This document shows, in pieces, positions 1-8,430 of a stretch of 32,000 bases of DNA; the first letter of the stretch is position 1, and each line of letters starts with the position of its first letter. The notes beneath the pieces were generated by a model, which saw only the letters and a program-made list of their open reading frames with translations, searched no databases and was not told the origin of the DNA. The position numbers were made by a program, and so were the translations under genes. Source of the DNA: Candidatus Micrarchaeota archaeon (GTDB lineage Archaea > Micrarchaeota > Micrarchaeia > Norongarragalinales > SBBD01); contig JAZDKC010000033.1 in assembly GCA_043803465.1 (NCBI GenBank), forward strand, positions 18,085 to 50,084, read 5' to 3'.

Positions 1-290
1 AAAAACAAGAAGGACCATAGGATATTGAGTAAAAGCTGAACGCCGAAAAATTTCAGTCCCATCTCAGCCTGTTTGTTTTTTTCCCTGTTCCAGACCAGGT
101 AAACGGAAACGCCCATCATTAGATAAAGCGTTGTCCAGACAGGGAAGAAGACCCAGTTAGGCGGTGAGAAAGAAGGCTTGGCTAGCGCAGCGTACCAGGT
201 GGGGATGTTCGGAGAGGTAAAAATGGCCCCGATCCCGCCGGCTAGCTCGCAGCCGATTATTGAAACAAGGAGTTTTTTCCAATCCAACAT
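1..290 (-). CDS. tspO: TspO/MBR tryptophan-rich sensory protein family, N-terminal part (gene runs off the left window edge)
   Basis: Not in the ORF track because it is truncated. Reverse complement from the ATG at 290-288 reads MLDWKKLLVSIIGCELAGGIGAIFTSPNIPTWYAALAKPSFSPPNWVFFPVWTTLYLMMGVSVYLVWN...LLLNILWSFLF. The WY..L.KP.F.PP.WVF.PVWT.LY and LN.LWS.LFF blocks are TspO/MBR signatures. Confidence 0.8.
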   Translation of the reverse strand, partial: MLDWKKLLVSIIGCELAGGIGAIFTSPNIPTWYAALAKPSFSPPNWVFFPVWTTLYLMMGVSVYLVWNREKNKQAEMGLKFFGVQLLLNILWSFLF

Positions 291-390
291 ATGTTTCGCC
301 CCGAATTAATACAAACATCCGCATAATATAGCTTTGGTAGGAAGGGAACCCGCATATCCGCTTTATTAACTCGGCAACCGTACATTATCC

Positions 391-873
391 GTGAAATCCA
401 AATCCCCATTCAAAATTAGGTTATCTGTCGAGGAACTGGAATTGAGCGCGGAGGTCACCAATGTCTCGAAAGTCGAGCAGTATTTCCTTGAAAATCAGCT
501 GTTGCAGCCTTCCTTGCTGAAGCTTTCCGATGCATTGGGAAAGCAGGTGAAGTTCAACGACCTAAGGCCTGAAATTTCAATAAATTGGCTCAAGCCAAGG
601 GATGAGTACAAAAAATTGAAACCCGGCGAGAGCAGGATATTCCACAAATTGCTTCTTTCAAAAAACGAATCGTCATCATATCATGTGAACTGGTACCCTT
701 TTGATGCCAATTTGGCGCCCGGCACCTACCGCGGGATGGTCGAATGGTCGAGCAAGGCGGATCGATGGGAGGAGTTCGACACGCATAATGAGATGCAGCG
801 GATCAATGGCAAGATGAAGGGAGTGTGGCTGGGAAAGGTTTGCTCGAATAGCGCGGAACTGGTTCTTGAGTAA
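391..873 (+). CDS. hypothetical protein (160 aa, soluble, no recognisable motif)
   Basis: Clean ORF with a GTG start at 391 and TAA at 871-873. No family signature recognised by eye. Confidence 0.5.
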   Translation: MKSKSPFKIRLSVEELELSAEVTNVSKVEQYFLENQLLQPSLLKLSDALGKQVKFNDLRPEISINWLKPRDEYKKLKPGESRIFHKLLLSKNESSSYHVNWYPFDANLAPGTYRGMVEWSSKADRWEEFDTHNEMQRINGKMKGVWLGKVCSNSAELVLE

Positions 874-951
874 GCCCGGGACGCATCGGCAAATTTGGAG
901 TTAAAACATAACTATTTATACGGCTTCCAGGAATCCTATCAGAAGGGGTAA

Positions 952-1710
952 ATGATGGGGGAAGAAAAAGCGGAAAATCTTCAGGCAAAGCAGACCCTTT
1001 TTTGGGAGGTCGGCAAGAAGGGAGTTGTGATTGTTAAGTTCGCGGCCCTTCTTTTCATTTTCTGGCTTTTGCAGTTTGCCTTCCAGTACTATTTCGTTTC
1101 CGAAGGCAGCTTTGAGGATTCGGCAATCCGTGCGTCCTCTTTGGGAGGCGCTCTGCTTATTGCAATTTCCCTAATAATTGGGCCGTTGCAGTCGCTTTGG
1201 CCTAAGTACAATTACCTAAATTTCCGGAGGTCGTTTGGGGTCGGCGGTTTCTTTTTGATTATCGCCCATGCATACTCTGTTGTCATGTTCAGATTCGGAG
1301 GAAATGCGCTGAACGCGTTTGCGAACCTTAATCCGCTGCAGAGCGCACTTGCGTTCGGGTCATTGGCATATTTGCTCCTGTTCCCCTTGCTTCTGACCTC
1401 TACCGACTGGGCGATGCGGAAACTGAAGTTCAACAATTGGAAGCTGCTGCATAGGACGATCTATTTTACCTGGATACTGGCGGTTTTGCATTTCCTCATA
1501 ATCAGGCCCGGGCAGCTGATGAACATTGCGGGCTATCTGCTGCTGGCAGCTACCGCATTGGTGTTCCTGCTGCAGTTCATCGCCTATATGGTGAGGATCC
1601 GGCGTTCGAGGAGCAAATTTGCAATGCTTGCAGGCATATCCGTAATTCTATTCCTTGCAACCTGGCTTTATTTCACGTACCCGAAATATTTGAAGGTGCT
1701 GGGCTTTTAG
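952..1710 (+). CDS. ferric-reductase-type transmembrane heme-binding protein (MsrQ/YedZ-like)
   Basis: Polytopic membrane protein. It has one His in IIAHAYSVVMF and a His pair 12 residues apart in LHRTIYFTWILAVLH, the spacing of the heme b ligands in YedZ/MsrQ-type domains. No MsrP partner lies in the window. Confidence 0.6.
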   Translation: MMGEEKAENLQAKQTLFWEVGKKGVVIVKFAALLFIFWLLQFAFQYYFVSEGSFEDSAIRASSLGGALLIAISLIIGPLQSLWPKYNYLNFRRSFGVGGFFLIIAHAYSVVMFRFGGNALNAFANLNPLQSALAFGSLAYLLLFPLLLTSTDWAMRKLKFNNWKLLHRTIYFTWILAVLHFLIIRPGQLMNIAGYLLLAATALVFLLQFIAYMVRIRRSRSKFAMLAGISVILFLATWLYFTYPKYLKVLGF

Positions 1711-1713
1711 GGG

Positions 1714-2286
1714 TCAGTTCATCTTTTCGTTGATTATTATCTTCTTGGTCATGCCGTACGGGTAGGTTTTGATCACCTTTTTGTCTTCCAGCCTTTGCAG
1801 GACCCTGAAAGTCTTGACCGCGTTGAAACCGGTATTGATTGCAAGTTGCTTTTGGGTCGCTTCGCCATGCTGCTTGACCAATTGGTCGTACATTGCCTTC
1901 TCATCACCGGTAAGTAGCGTGGATATTGTGAAATTGCGCGTTTCCTTGTGTTCCTTTTCACGGAGATATTTCATAAGTATGTAGCCATTGAGCAGGAATG
2001 CGATGCCTGTAAGCAGCACGCCCAGTGCCTGTATGGACAGGACTTGGGAAAGGCCCATTTCGGGCTGCCTGTCCCTGCCGATGAATGCCCGTGTGCCGTT
2101 CTCTTCCGTGAAGGGGAGGGGGGAAGGGTATTGCATTGATGCATTGAACTGCCTTACCCGGTTATCCGGGAATATCGGCAGTATTTCATTGCGCCAAATG
2201 GCAAAATAACCGAATGTGAGGTAGGTGATCACGAGGAAGCCCCCATAAATAAGCGAGAAGTATGCGAGCCATCTCAATTCCCTCAT
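1714..2286 (-). CDS. membrane-tethered winged-helix (MarR/TrmB-like) transcriptional regulator
   Basis: Two hydrophobic helices (LAYFSLIYGGFLVITYLTFGYFAIW and VLSIQALGVLLTGIAFLLNGYILM) flank a loop of about 55 aa. A C-terminal wHTH follows (LTGDEKAMYDQLVKQHGEATQKQLAINTGFNAVKTFRVLQRLEDKKVIKTY). Divergent from the ABC operon. Confidence 0.65.
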   Translation of the reverse strand: MRELRWLAYFSLIYGGFLVITYLTFGYFAIWRNEILPIFPDNRVRQFNASMQYPSPLPFTEENGTRAFIGRDRQPEMGLSQVLSIQALGVLLTGIAFLLNGYILMKYLREKEHKETRNFTISTLLTGDEKAMYDQLVKQHGEATQKQLAINTGFNAVKTFRVLQRLEDKKVIKTYPYGMTKKIIINEKMN

Positions 2287-2336
2287 ATTTATTTCACCTT
2301 ATTTCATTTCAGCCTAAAATCATTTCAATTCATTAC

Positions 2337-2359
2337 TTATTACAGGTTATTACAGGTTA
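2337..2359. promoter_or_regulatory. tandem direct repeat TTATTACAGG x2 (+TTA) in the divergent promoter region; candidate operator
   Basis: ttattacagg at 2337-2346 and 2347-2356, followed by tta. It lies between the regulator start (2286) and the ABC ATPase start (2420). A TATA-like aaaatatatta sits at about 2379-2390, and TTTCA words repeat at 2291-2330. Confidence 0.4.
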
Positions 2360-2419
2360 ATAATATAGGTAGTTACTTAAAAATATATTAGTTGTTTTCT
2401 GGGCAGTTTGGCGGATACG

Positions 2420-3157
2420 ATGAAAGACACTCAAAAAAAGGCCGTATTGGAATTCGAAAACGTCATAAAGGAGTATCGGATAGGTGACAAGATGCTAAGG
2501 GTGCTGAAAGGCCTATCTTTTACTGTTAGGAAAGGCGAATTCGTAGTGATAATGGGCCCATCCGGAAGCGGCAAGAGCACAATGCTCCAGCTCATGGGAT
2601 GTTTGGACAAGCCTAGTTTTGGGAAAGTGCGGGTAGATGGGGAAGATGTAACTGCCGCGGGATCCAACCGGCTGGCGGATATCCGCAGGGACAAGATCGG
2701 TTTTGTATTCCAGGCATTCAACCTGCTCCCGAACTTCAGTGCATTGTATAATGTGGAACTTGCGATGTCCATTCGGGAATTGCCCCATAAGGAAAGAATC
2801 GAACGGGCAAAAAGGCTTCTTGCGCAGGTCGGGCTGTCTAATCGGGTAACCCATAAGCCGCCGGAACTTTCCGGAGGGGAAAAGCAAAGGGTGGCAATAG
2901 CGCGCGCATTGGCAAACAATCCCTCATTCCTGCTAACGGACGAGCCGACCGGCAATCTTGATTCAAAATCGGGGGAAGAGATCATGGCCCTGATAACCGG
3001 CCTTTGGAAGGAGCACGGAACCACGATTGTAATGGTCACGCACGAACCGATGGTTGCAAAATACGGGCAGAGGATATTGCACCTTATGGATGGCGCAATT
3101 GATTCGGAGGAAACTCCGTCAGGTTTATTGAAAAAATACAGTCTTAAAGCAAAATAG
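2420..3157 (+). CDS. ABC transporter ATP-binding protein, MacB/LolD/FtsE-like
   Basis: Walker A GPSGSGKST, Q-loop, signature LSGGEKQRVAIARAL, Walker B FLLTDEPTGNLD and H-loop VTHE. ATG at 2420 is preferred over the track's TTG at 2408. Confidence 0.95.
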   Translation: MKDTQKKAVLEFENVIKEYRIGDKMLRVLKGLSFTVRKGEFVVIMGPSGSGKSTMLQLMGCLDKPSFGKVRVDGEDVTAAGSNRLADIRRDKIGFVFQAFNLLPNFSALYNVELAMSIRELPHKERIERAKRLLAQVGLSNRVTHKPPELSGGEKQRVAIARALANNPSFLLTDEPTGNLDSKSGEEIMALITGLWKEHGTTIVMVTHEPMVAKYGQRILHLMDGAIDSEETPSGLLKKYSLKAK

Positions 3158-3166
3158 GTGGTTGTA

Positions 3167-4462
3167 ATGAAAGAAAGCATGGTATTTTTGGCGATTTTGC
3201 TGTTGGTTAGCGCAGCAACTGCAGACACATATAATTTGACCAATGCAGGCTACTACTCCAACGCAGGCTTTACTGTGAACAATCTGAAGCAGACGCCCGA
3301 CCGGATATACCCCGGGGATCAGGTGCATTTGACGTTCGATTTGCAGGATAATGTTCCCGGCGGGTCGCTTAACGTACAGCTGACCGCATTGGCGCCGTTC
3401 CTTCCGGCACAGACTTATTACATGGGCCAGATTTCGCAAGGCCAATCCAAGCCGGCTGTGATTGATTTCATTTTGAATCCTACCACCAAGCCTGGAAACT
3501 ATGAAATATTCCTTTATGTACTGGACGAATATGGCACGCAAGCGCAGGTCGGCAACATCCCAATTCTTGTAAATGAGGAACAAAAAGCAAATGTTTTGGT
3601 TGCGACAATAAATTCAGCAGGGGATGCAAATGCGGGCGATTCCAAGGAGATCATAGCGACTATTGAGAATACGGGGGATGTAGCCGTAACCGATGTATTG
3701 GTGCAAATACAGTACAGTTCAACAAGTTCAGTAATCCCCGTCGGAACGGACCGGATCCACTTACCCCAAATTGAAGCGAAGGGAAGCGCGGAAGCAAAAT
3801 TCACTGTTGGAATCAGTGCAAGCGCCCCGCCTGCGTTTTATCCGATTACGCTGGTGACTAACTATAACATAGATAAGGTGCCCCAAGCAGCCATTACCCA
3901 AACAGCCGCGCTTAAGGTGCTCTCGAAAACATTCCTGCTCATCACTTCGGGCGGTACAGTGGCCTCCTCGGATTCAACTGGAGGCAGTTCGCTTGCCATA
4001 ACCGTTGCAAATACGGGCGATACGGCGGTAAGGAGCGTATATGCGATCGCATCGTCGGATGATTATACCGTAACAGGAATACCCGACCAGTTCATAGGCA
4101 CTTTGAACCAGGATGACTCCTCCTCAATGTCGGTCACAATCGTGCCTAAACGGGCGGCAAACCCCGTTAACCCCAGTGCCGAGCCCGGCGCAGGGTTCCA
4201 GCAAAGCGGCGGAAAAGTGAACATCAAGGTCACTTACAAGGATGCGCTGAATATCGAGCATACGCAAATCCAGCAAATACCCGTAAGCATGAGTGCCAGC
4301 GGATTTACGGGAACGACCGGAATAGGAAGCACCCAGCGATTCGGGAGGCAACAAACAGGATTTCGGATATTCGGCATTGATTGGTGGATAATCGTAGGCG
4401 CAGCAGTGCTCCTGATTGCAGCATTCTTCGGCTACAAATGGATGAAGAGGCGTAGCAAATGA
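3167..4462 (+). CDS. secreted, C-terminally membrane-anchored protein with repeated CARDB / S-layer-like (COG1361-type) beta-sandwich domains
   Basis: Signal peptide MKESMVFLAILLLVSAATA. Repeated blocks of the CARDB type (GDSKEIIATIENTGDVAVTDVLVQI; GGSSLAITVANTGDTAVRSVYAI). C-terminal TM WWIIVGAAVLLIAAFFGY followed by KWMKRRSK. GGTGG SD 5 nt before the ATG at 3167. Sits between the ABC ATPase and the permease. Confidence 0.7.
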   Translation: MKESMVFLAILLLVSAATADTYNLTNAGYYSNAGFTVNNLKQTPDRIYPGDQVHLTFDLQDNVPGGSLNVQLTALAPFLPAQTYYMGQISQGQSKPAVIDFILNPTTKPGNYEIFLYVLDEYGTQAQVGNIPILVNEEQKANVLVATINSAGDANAGDSKEIIATIENTGDVAVTDVLVQIQYSSTSSVIPVGTDRIHLPQIEAKGSAEAKFTVGISASAPPAFYPITLVTNYNIDKVPQAAITQTAALKVLSKTFLLITSGGTVASSDSTGGSSLAITVANTGDTAVRSVYAIASSDDYTVTGIPDQFIGTLNQDDSSSMSVTIVPKRAANPVNPSAEPGAGFQQSGGKVNIKVTYKDALNIEHTQIQQIPVSMSASGFTGTTGIGSTQRFGRQQTGFRIFGIDWWIIVGAAVLLIAAFFGYKWMKRRSK

Positions 4463-5739
4463 GGTTACTTGACATCGCAGCGATGTCGCTCGCTAATATG
4501 CGCGGAAGGAAGCTGCGCTCCTGGCTAACCGTGCTCGGGATAGTGATAGCAGTCGCTTCGATCATCATCCTGCTATCATTGGCATATGGCGTTGAACAGC
4601 AGGTTTCTTCAAGGCTGAATCAGCTCGGGAACGATGTCATACAGATCACTCCGGGGAATTCGCAGGCATCCCGGGGAGGCGGAGGCGGCGTGGCAATCCG
4701 CGGCATGGGCGGCGGGGACCAGCCAGGAGGGGGTTTCGGAGGCGGTTTTGCAGGAGGGGGCGAATTCCGGTTCGGCGGCAATGAAGGGCAGCTAACCTTT
4801 ACGGACGCGGAACGCCTGAAGATTGTCGAAGGCGTCCTGGCAGTTGACCCGCGGCTGACCGGCAGGCTCAGATCGATGTTCAAGGGCTATAATGCAACCC
4901 TCAGCATAATCGGGGTGGACCCGTCGGGGTTCAAGGCGATAAACACGGCGCCGATGTACCAGGGAAAGATGCTCAATGAAAACGACAAATATTCAGTGGT
5001 TTTGGGCTATAATATTTATGCCCGCACCTTCGGCGGCCTGCCCATGATCAACAGGCAAATAAAAATCGGGGATTCATACTATACTGTAATTGGCATCATC
5101 AACTCGAGCTCCGGCTCCTTCATTACATCCGATTCTGCCGTTTACATGAACATCGATATTGCAAAGAGGGTGTTGAATGAGAGCACGAACCTGAATCAAA
5201 TCTACATTAAAGTGAGGCCTGGCCAGAACACGGATACTGTTGCCGCAAGGCTTGAAAATAAGCTGGTGGAATTGCACCGCGTAACCGCTGCCAGGGAGGA
5301 TTTCACCATCACAACCGCATCATTCATACAATCGACCGCATCGGCTGTAACTGCGACGCTGACCTTGTTCCTTGCAGGCATTGCCGCCATATCGCTGCTT
5401 GTCGGCGCAATAGGGGTTGCCAATACGATGTTCATGAGCGTCCTTGAGCGCACGAGGGAGATCGGCGTCCTTAAGGCGTTGGGAATGAAGGATGCGGAAA
5501 TCACAGCAGAATTCCTGATAGAGGCCGGATTGATCGGTGCTGCGGGCGGCATTTTCGGGATACTCTTGAGCCTGGGCGCGATTTTCGTGCTTTCGCTTTT
5601 CAATGTGGCTGCAATCGCAACGCCGGAGCTCCTTCTGGGCTCCTTGCTTTTTTCAAGCATAATAGGGGTAGTTTCCGGAGTTCTGCCTGCAAGGAATGCG
5701 GCGCATCTGCAGCCGGTGGAGGCATTAAGGTATGAGTAA
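4459..5739 (+). CDS. ABC transporter permease, FtsX/MacB family, with a glycine-rich insertion in the extracytoplasmic domain
   Basis: ATGA overlap with the upstream gene. N-terminal TM (LRSWLTVLGIVIAVASIIILLSL), a large external domain, and a C-terminal FtsX module (LAGIAAISLLVGAIGVANTMFMSVLERTREIGVLKALG...PARNAAHLQPVEALRYE). Confidence 0.9.
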   Translation: MRLLDIAAMSLANMRGRKLRSWLTVLGIVIAVASIIILLSLAYGVEQQVSSRLNQLGNDVIQITPGNSQASRGGGGGVAIRGMGGGDQPGGGFGGGFAGGGEFRFGGNEGQLTFTDAERLKIVEGVLAVDPRLTGRLRSMFKGYNATLSIIGVDPSGFKAINTAPMYQGKMLNENDKYSVVLGYNIYARTFGGLPMINRQIKIGDSYYTVIGIINSSSGSFITSDSAVYMNIDIAKRVLNESTNLNQIYIKVRPGQNTDTVAARLENKLVELHRVTAAREDFTITTASFIQSTASAVTATLTLFLAGIAAISLLVGAIGVANTMFMSVLERTREIGVLKALGMKDAEITAEFLIEAGLIGAAGGIFGILLSLGAIFVLSLFNVAAIATPELLLGSLLFSSIIGVVSGVLPARNAAHLQPVEALRYE

Positions 5740-5781
5740 AATCGGAATGTTCAGGAATGTGGGGTTACTGGGCGATTAAAT

Positions 5782-6162
5782 ATGAAAAACACCGGCTTGG
5801 TACTGTACGTCATGTTAATTGCATTGTTCGCAGCAGTTTTCATGATGGGCTGCACATCCGAAAACCAGGGCGACCGGGATAACCCTGATTTCCAGGGAAG
5901 GCAGTTTGGGAGGGGCGGGAACTTCCCGAGGGATGGCAATTTCAGCGGGAACAGGACTTTCGGCAATATGACCGAAGAACAGCGGCAGCAAATGATGCAG
6001 CAGCGGCAGCAGGAAATTATAAATGCGTGCAAAGGGAGGGCAGAAGGGGATATTTGCACTATAACTAACCCGCGCGGCAACACGGAAGGGACCTGCAAAA
6101 CGCTGAACAACCAGCTGTTATGCGAAACGCCCTTTCCAAGCGGAAGGCCGCCCTCGCCCTAG
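5782..6162 (+). CDS. small secreted protein / putative lipoprotein, Gln-rich with a 4-Cys C-terminal half
   Basis: Signal peptide ending in the lipobox-like LFAAVFMMGC. Then a low-complexity G/R/N/F region, a QQMMQQRQQ stretch, and C..C..C..C in the tail. Confidence 0.5.
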   Translation: MKNTGLVLYVMLIALFAAVFMMGCTSENQGDRDNPDFQGRQFGRGGNFPRDGNFSGNRTFGNMTEEQRQQMMQQRQQEIINACKGRAEGDICTITNPRGNTEGTCKTLNNQLLCETPFPSGRPPSP

Positions 6163-6318
6163 TTTTGAATATCCGCGCAATTCTTTCCATGCCCACGGAA
6201 TACCTTCACTTGGAGGGGGACTGGATTTAATAGGTATTGTTGCTAATAATGGCGTTGTTCGCTGAATAAATGACGGGAAATGCGATAAAAAAACCGGACA
6301 AATTTCAAAGGGGGGAAA

Positions 6319-7203
6319 GTGAATAGGCATTCCGCATATTTTTATCTGGCCCTGACCATACTGTCGTGGTCCGCGATACCGGCAACTTCGAAGATAGCCC
6401 TGGCAGAACTCGACAATTTCCAATTGCTTTTTTATACGGGCATGGTGGGGGTTGTTTCGCTGCTCATTGCCAACGCCTATGAGGGCAAATTCCGGCTGAT
6501 CAAAAAGTACGGCAAATTTGATTTTTTGATAATGTTCCTAATGGGAGCGCTCGGGATTTTCCTATACCACGTTTTCCTCTTTTACGGATACGGCAATGCG
6601 CCCGCAGGGCAGGCAAATGTCTTTAACTACCTCTGGCCGGTATTCATAGTTCTATTTTCCGCCCCCATCCTGAAGGAAAAGCTGAGCGCCGCCTCAATAA
6701 TTGCGATTTCAATCAGTTTCATCGGTGCAATGATCGCATTTACCGGCGGCAGTGGTTTTGCCGGCGAATATGCGGCCGCGTATGCATCAGCGGGCATCGC
6801 AGCCGTATGTTATGGCTTGTTTTCTGTTTTAGGCAAGAAGCTCGCGTATGACAAGACCTCCAGCATGCTGGTTTATTACATTTCATCGGCGATATTGGTA
6901 ATCCCTGCGACTTTGATGTATTCCAGCATAGTTATTCCGAAATCAATCAACACAATAGTCTCTATTTTGTTTCTAGGGGGGATCGCGAACTCAATTGCAT
7001 TCATTTTCTGGTTCAAGGCATTGGAGAAGGGCAATACCCAAAAAATTGCGAACTTGGCTTATGCAATCCCGCTACTTGCGATGGTATGGACCTACTTCCT
7101 GAATTCCGAGATGGTTTCGGCCTATTCGATAATCGGCTTATTGCTGATACTGGCCGGAATTGCGCTGCAAACAATGCGTTCGAGAAGGCTCAAAATTGCA
7201 TGA
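6319..7203 (+). CDS. EamA/DMT-family transporter (10 TM)
   Basis: Two EamA-like halves. Typical blocks are LTILSWSAIPATSKIAL and NYLWPVFIVLFSAPILKEKLS, and the second half ends in GLLLILAGIAL. Confidence 0.85.
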   Translation: MNRHSAYFYLALTILSWSAIPATSKIALAELDNFQLLFYTGMVGVVSLLIANAYEGKFRLIKKYGKFDFLIMFLMGALGIFLYHVFLFYGYGNAPAGQANVFNYLWPVFIVLFSAPILKEKLSAASIIAISISFIGAMIAFTGGSGFAGEYAAAYASAGIAAVCYGLFSVLGKKLAYDKTSSMLVYYISSAILVIPATLMYSSIVIPKSINTIVSILFLGGIANSIAFIFWFKALEKGNTQKIANLAYAIPLLAMVWTYFLNSEMVSAYSIIGLLLILAGIALQTMRSRRLKIA

Positions 7204-7282
7204 AGAAAGGCCGGGGATGGGGGTTATTAATATTCTAATGCCACGATAGGGTATACGCAACGGTAAAAATGAGGGGGCAAAA

Positions 7283-8359
7283 ATGGAGGCTGGGGGAACC
7301 GAGATTTACCTGCAGTTCACGCGATCGTTCAATCTATACCTGGCAGAGTTCTGGCGCTCGCCCCTTATTACCCCCAATGTGAAAAAATTCATGGGAGTCG
7401 GTTTGTCGGACCATATCTGCTATTATGACGGGGATACGCAATATTATTACCGGATTAAACCGGAGATGCAGGCGTTGAAAGGGCATGTGCTCTCCTTGAA
7501 GCCCGGCGATCGGAGGTATTCTGAAGGTGCAAGCAGGCTTTTCAGGGAGAAGGTAAAACGCATGCGTATCCTGATGGAACGCAATATTCCCGACAAGAAT
7601 ATCCCCCGGGTCTACAGGGAAGCAAAGAAATTGTTTGAAGAACTGTATCCATTCTATTATTTCGGCTATTTCATGGGCGGGCCCTGGAAGGCGGAGTATG
7701 GGGCAATTTGGGGCAAAAGGGCTGAAAAAACCCTGAAATTGCAATACGGCAACCGGGTTTACTCCGAAGGGCTGCTGAAGCAATTTTCAAATTTCATCGA
7801 GAATCTTTGCATGCAGAAAATTGGCGATTTATCCGCCGAACTGGACATCTCCTTATTGAAATTCCGGGAAGTGGAGGCTCTGCTGTTGAAGGATGAAGTG
7901 CCGAATATCAAGCATGTGAAGCGCAGGGAAAATGGGTATGTCCTGGTCAGGGGGAAAGTTATTGAAACGGATGATTTCCTTGCCACAATCAACCGGTTCG
8001 GATATCATTATCGGCCCAAGGAGATCGAGGAAACAATGAACCTGGAGGGCGAAATAGCCTACCTGGCGAAACCCGTCGTAGGAAAGGCGCGGGTCATCCT
8101 GAACGACAACGACCTGAAAAAATTCATGAAGGGCGAGGTGATGGTTGCGCCGATGACCCAGCCGATGTACCTCCCGCAAATGAAATTGGCGAAAGCGATC
8201 GTGACCGATGAGGGTGAAATCACCTGCCATGCCGCGATCGCATCCCGGAAGCTACGGATCCCGTGCGTGATCGGGACGAATTCCGCCAGCCAGCTGCTGA
8301 GGGACGGAGATCTAGTGGAAGTGGATGCGAAGAAGGGCTTGGTGAAAAAAATCAGCTGA
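7283..8359 (+). CDS. PEP-utilizing enzyme mobile (swivel phosphohistidine) domain protein
   Basis: The C-terminal 90 aa match the PEP-utilizers mobile domain (GEVMVAPMTQPMYLPQMKLAKAIVTDEGEITCHAAIASRKLRIPCVIGT...GDLVEVDAKKG), with the phospho-His in TCHAAIASR. The N-terminal 260 aa are not recognisable as an ATP-grasp or PEP-binding domain. GAGGGGG SD before the ATG. Confidence 0.75.
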   Translation: MEAGGTEIYLQFTRSFNLYLAEFWRSPLITPNVKKFMGVGLSDHICYYDGDTQYYYRIKPEMQALKGHVLSLKPGDRRYSEGASRLFREKVKRMRILMERNIPDKNIPRVYREAKKLFEELYPFYYFGYFMGGPWKAEYGAIWGKRAEKTLKLQYGNRVYSEGLLKQFSNFIENLCMQKIGDLSAELDISLLKFREVEALLLKDEVPNIKHVKRRENGYVLVRGKVIETDDFLATINRFGYHYRPKEIEETMNLEGEIAYLAKPVVGKARVILNDNDLKKFMKGEVMVAPMTQPMYLPQMKLAKAIVTDEGEITCHAAIASRKLRIPCVIGTNSASQLLRDGDLVEVDAKKGLVKKIS

Positions 8360-8430
8360 ATTCGAGCCCCTCTGGTAAAAGCAACTTATTCTTGCCGGTT
8401 CATTCGTAATTGAAAAATTTAATGAGCAGA

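Noticed and set aside
2431-3243. 270-aa minus-strand ORF antisense to the ABC ATPase. The same class covers 29297-29965 (-), 13457-14131 (+), 22054-22560 (+), 16682-17200 (-), 9552-11449 (+ strand set), and 23440-24066 (-), which is an alternative-frame same-strand ORF.
   Set aside because: These are shadow ORFs lying entirely within genes with strong family motifs on the opposite strand or in another frame. Their translations are low-complexity (Ser/Pro/Arg-rich) with no recognisable domains.
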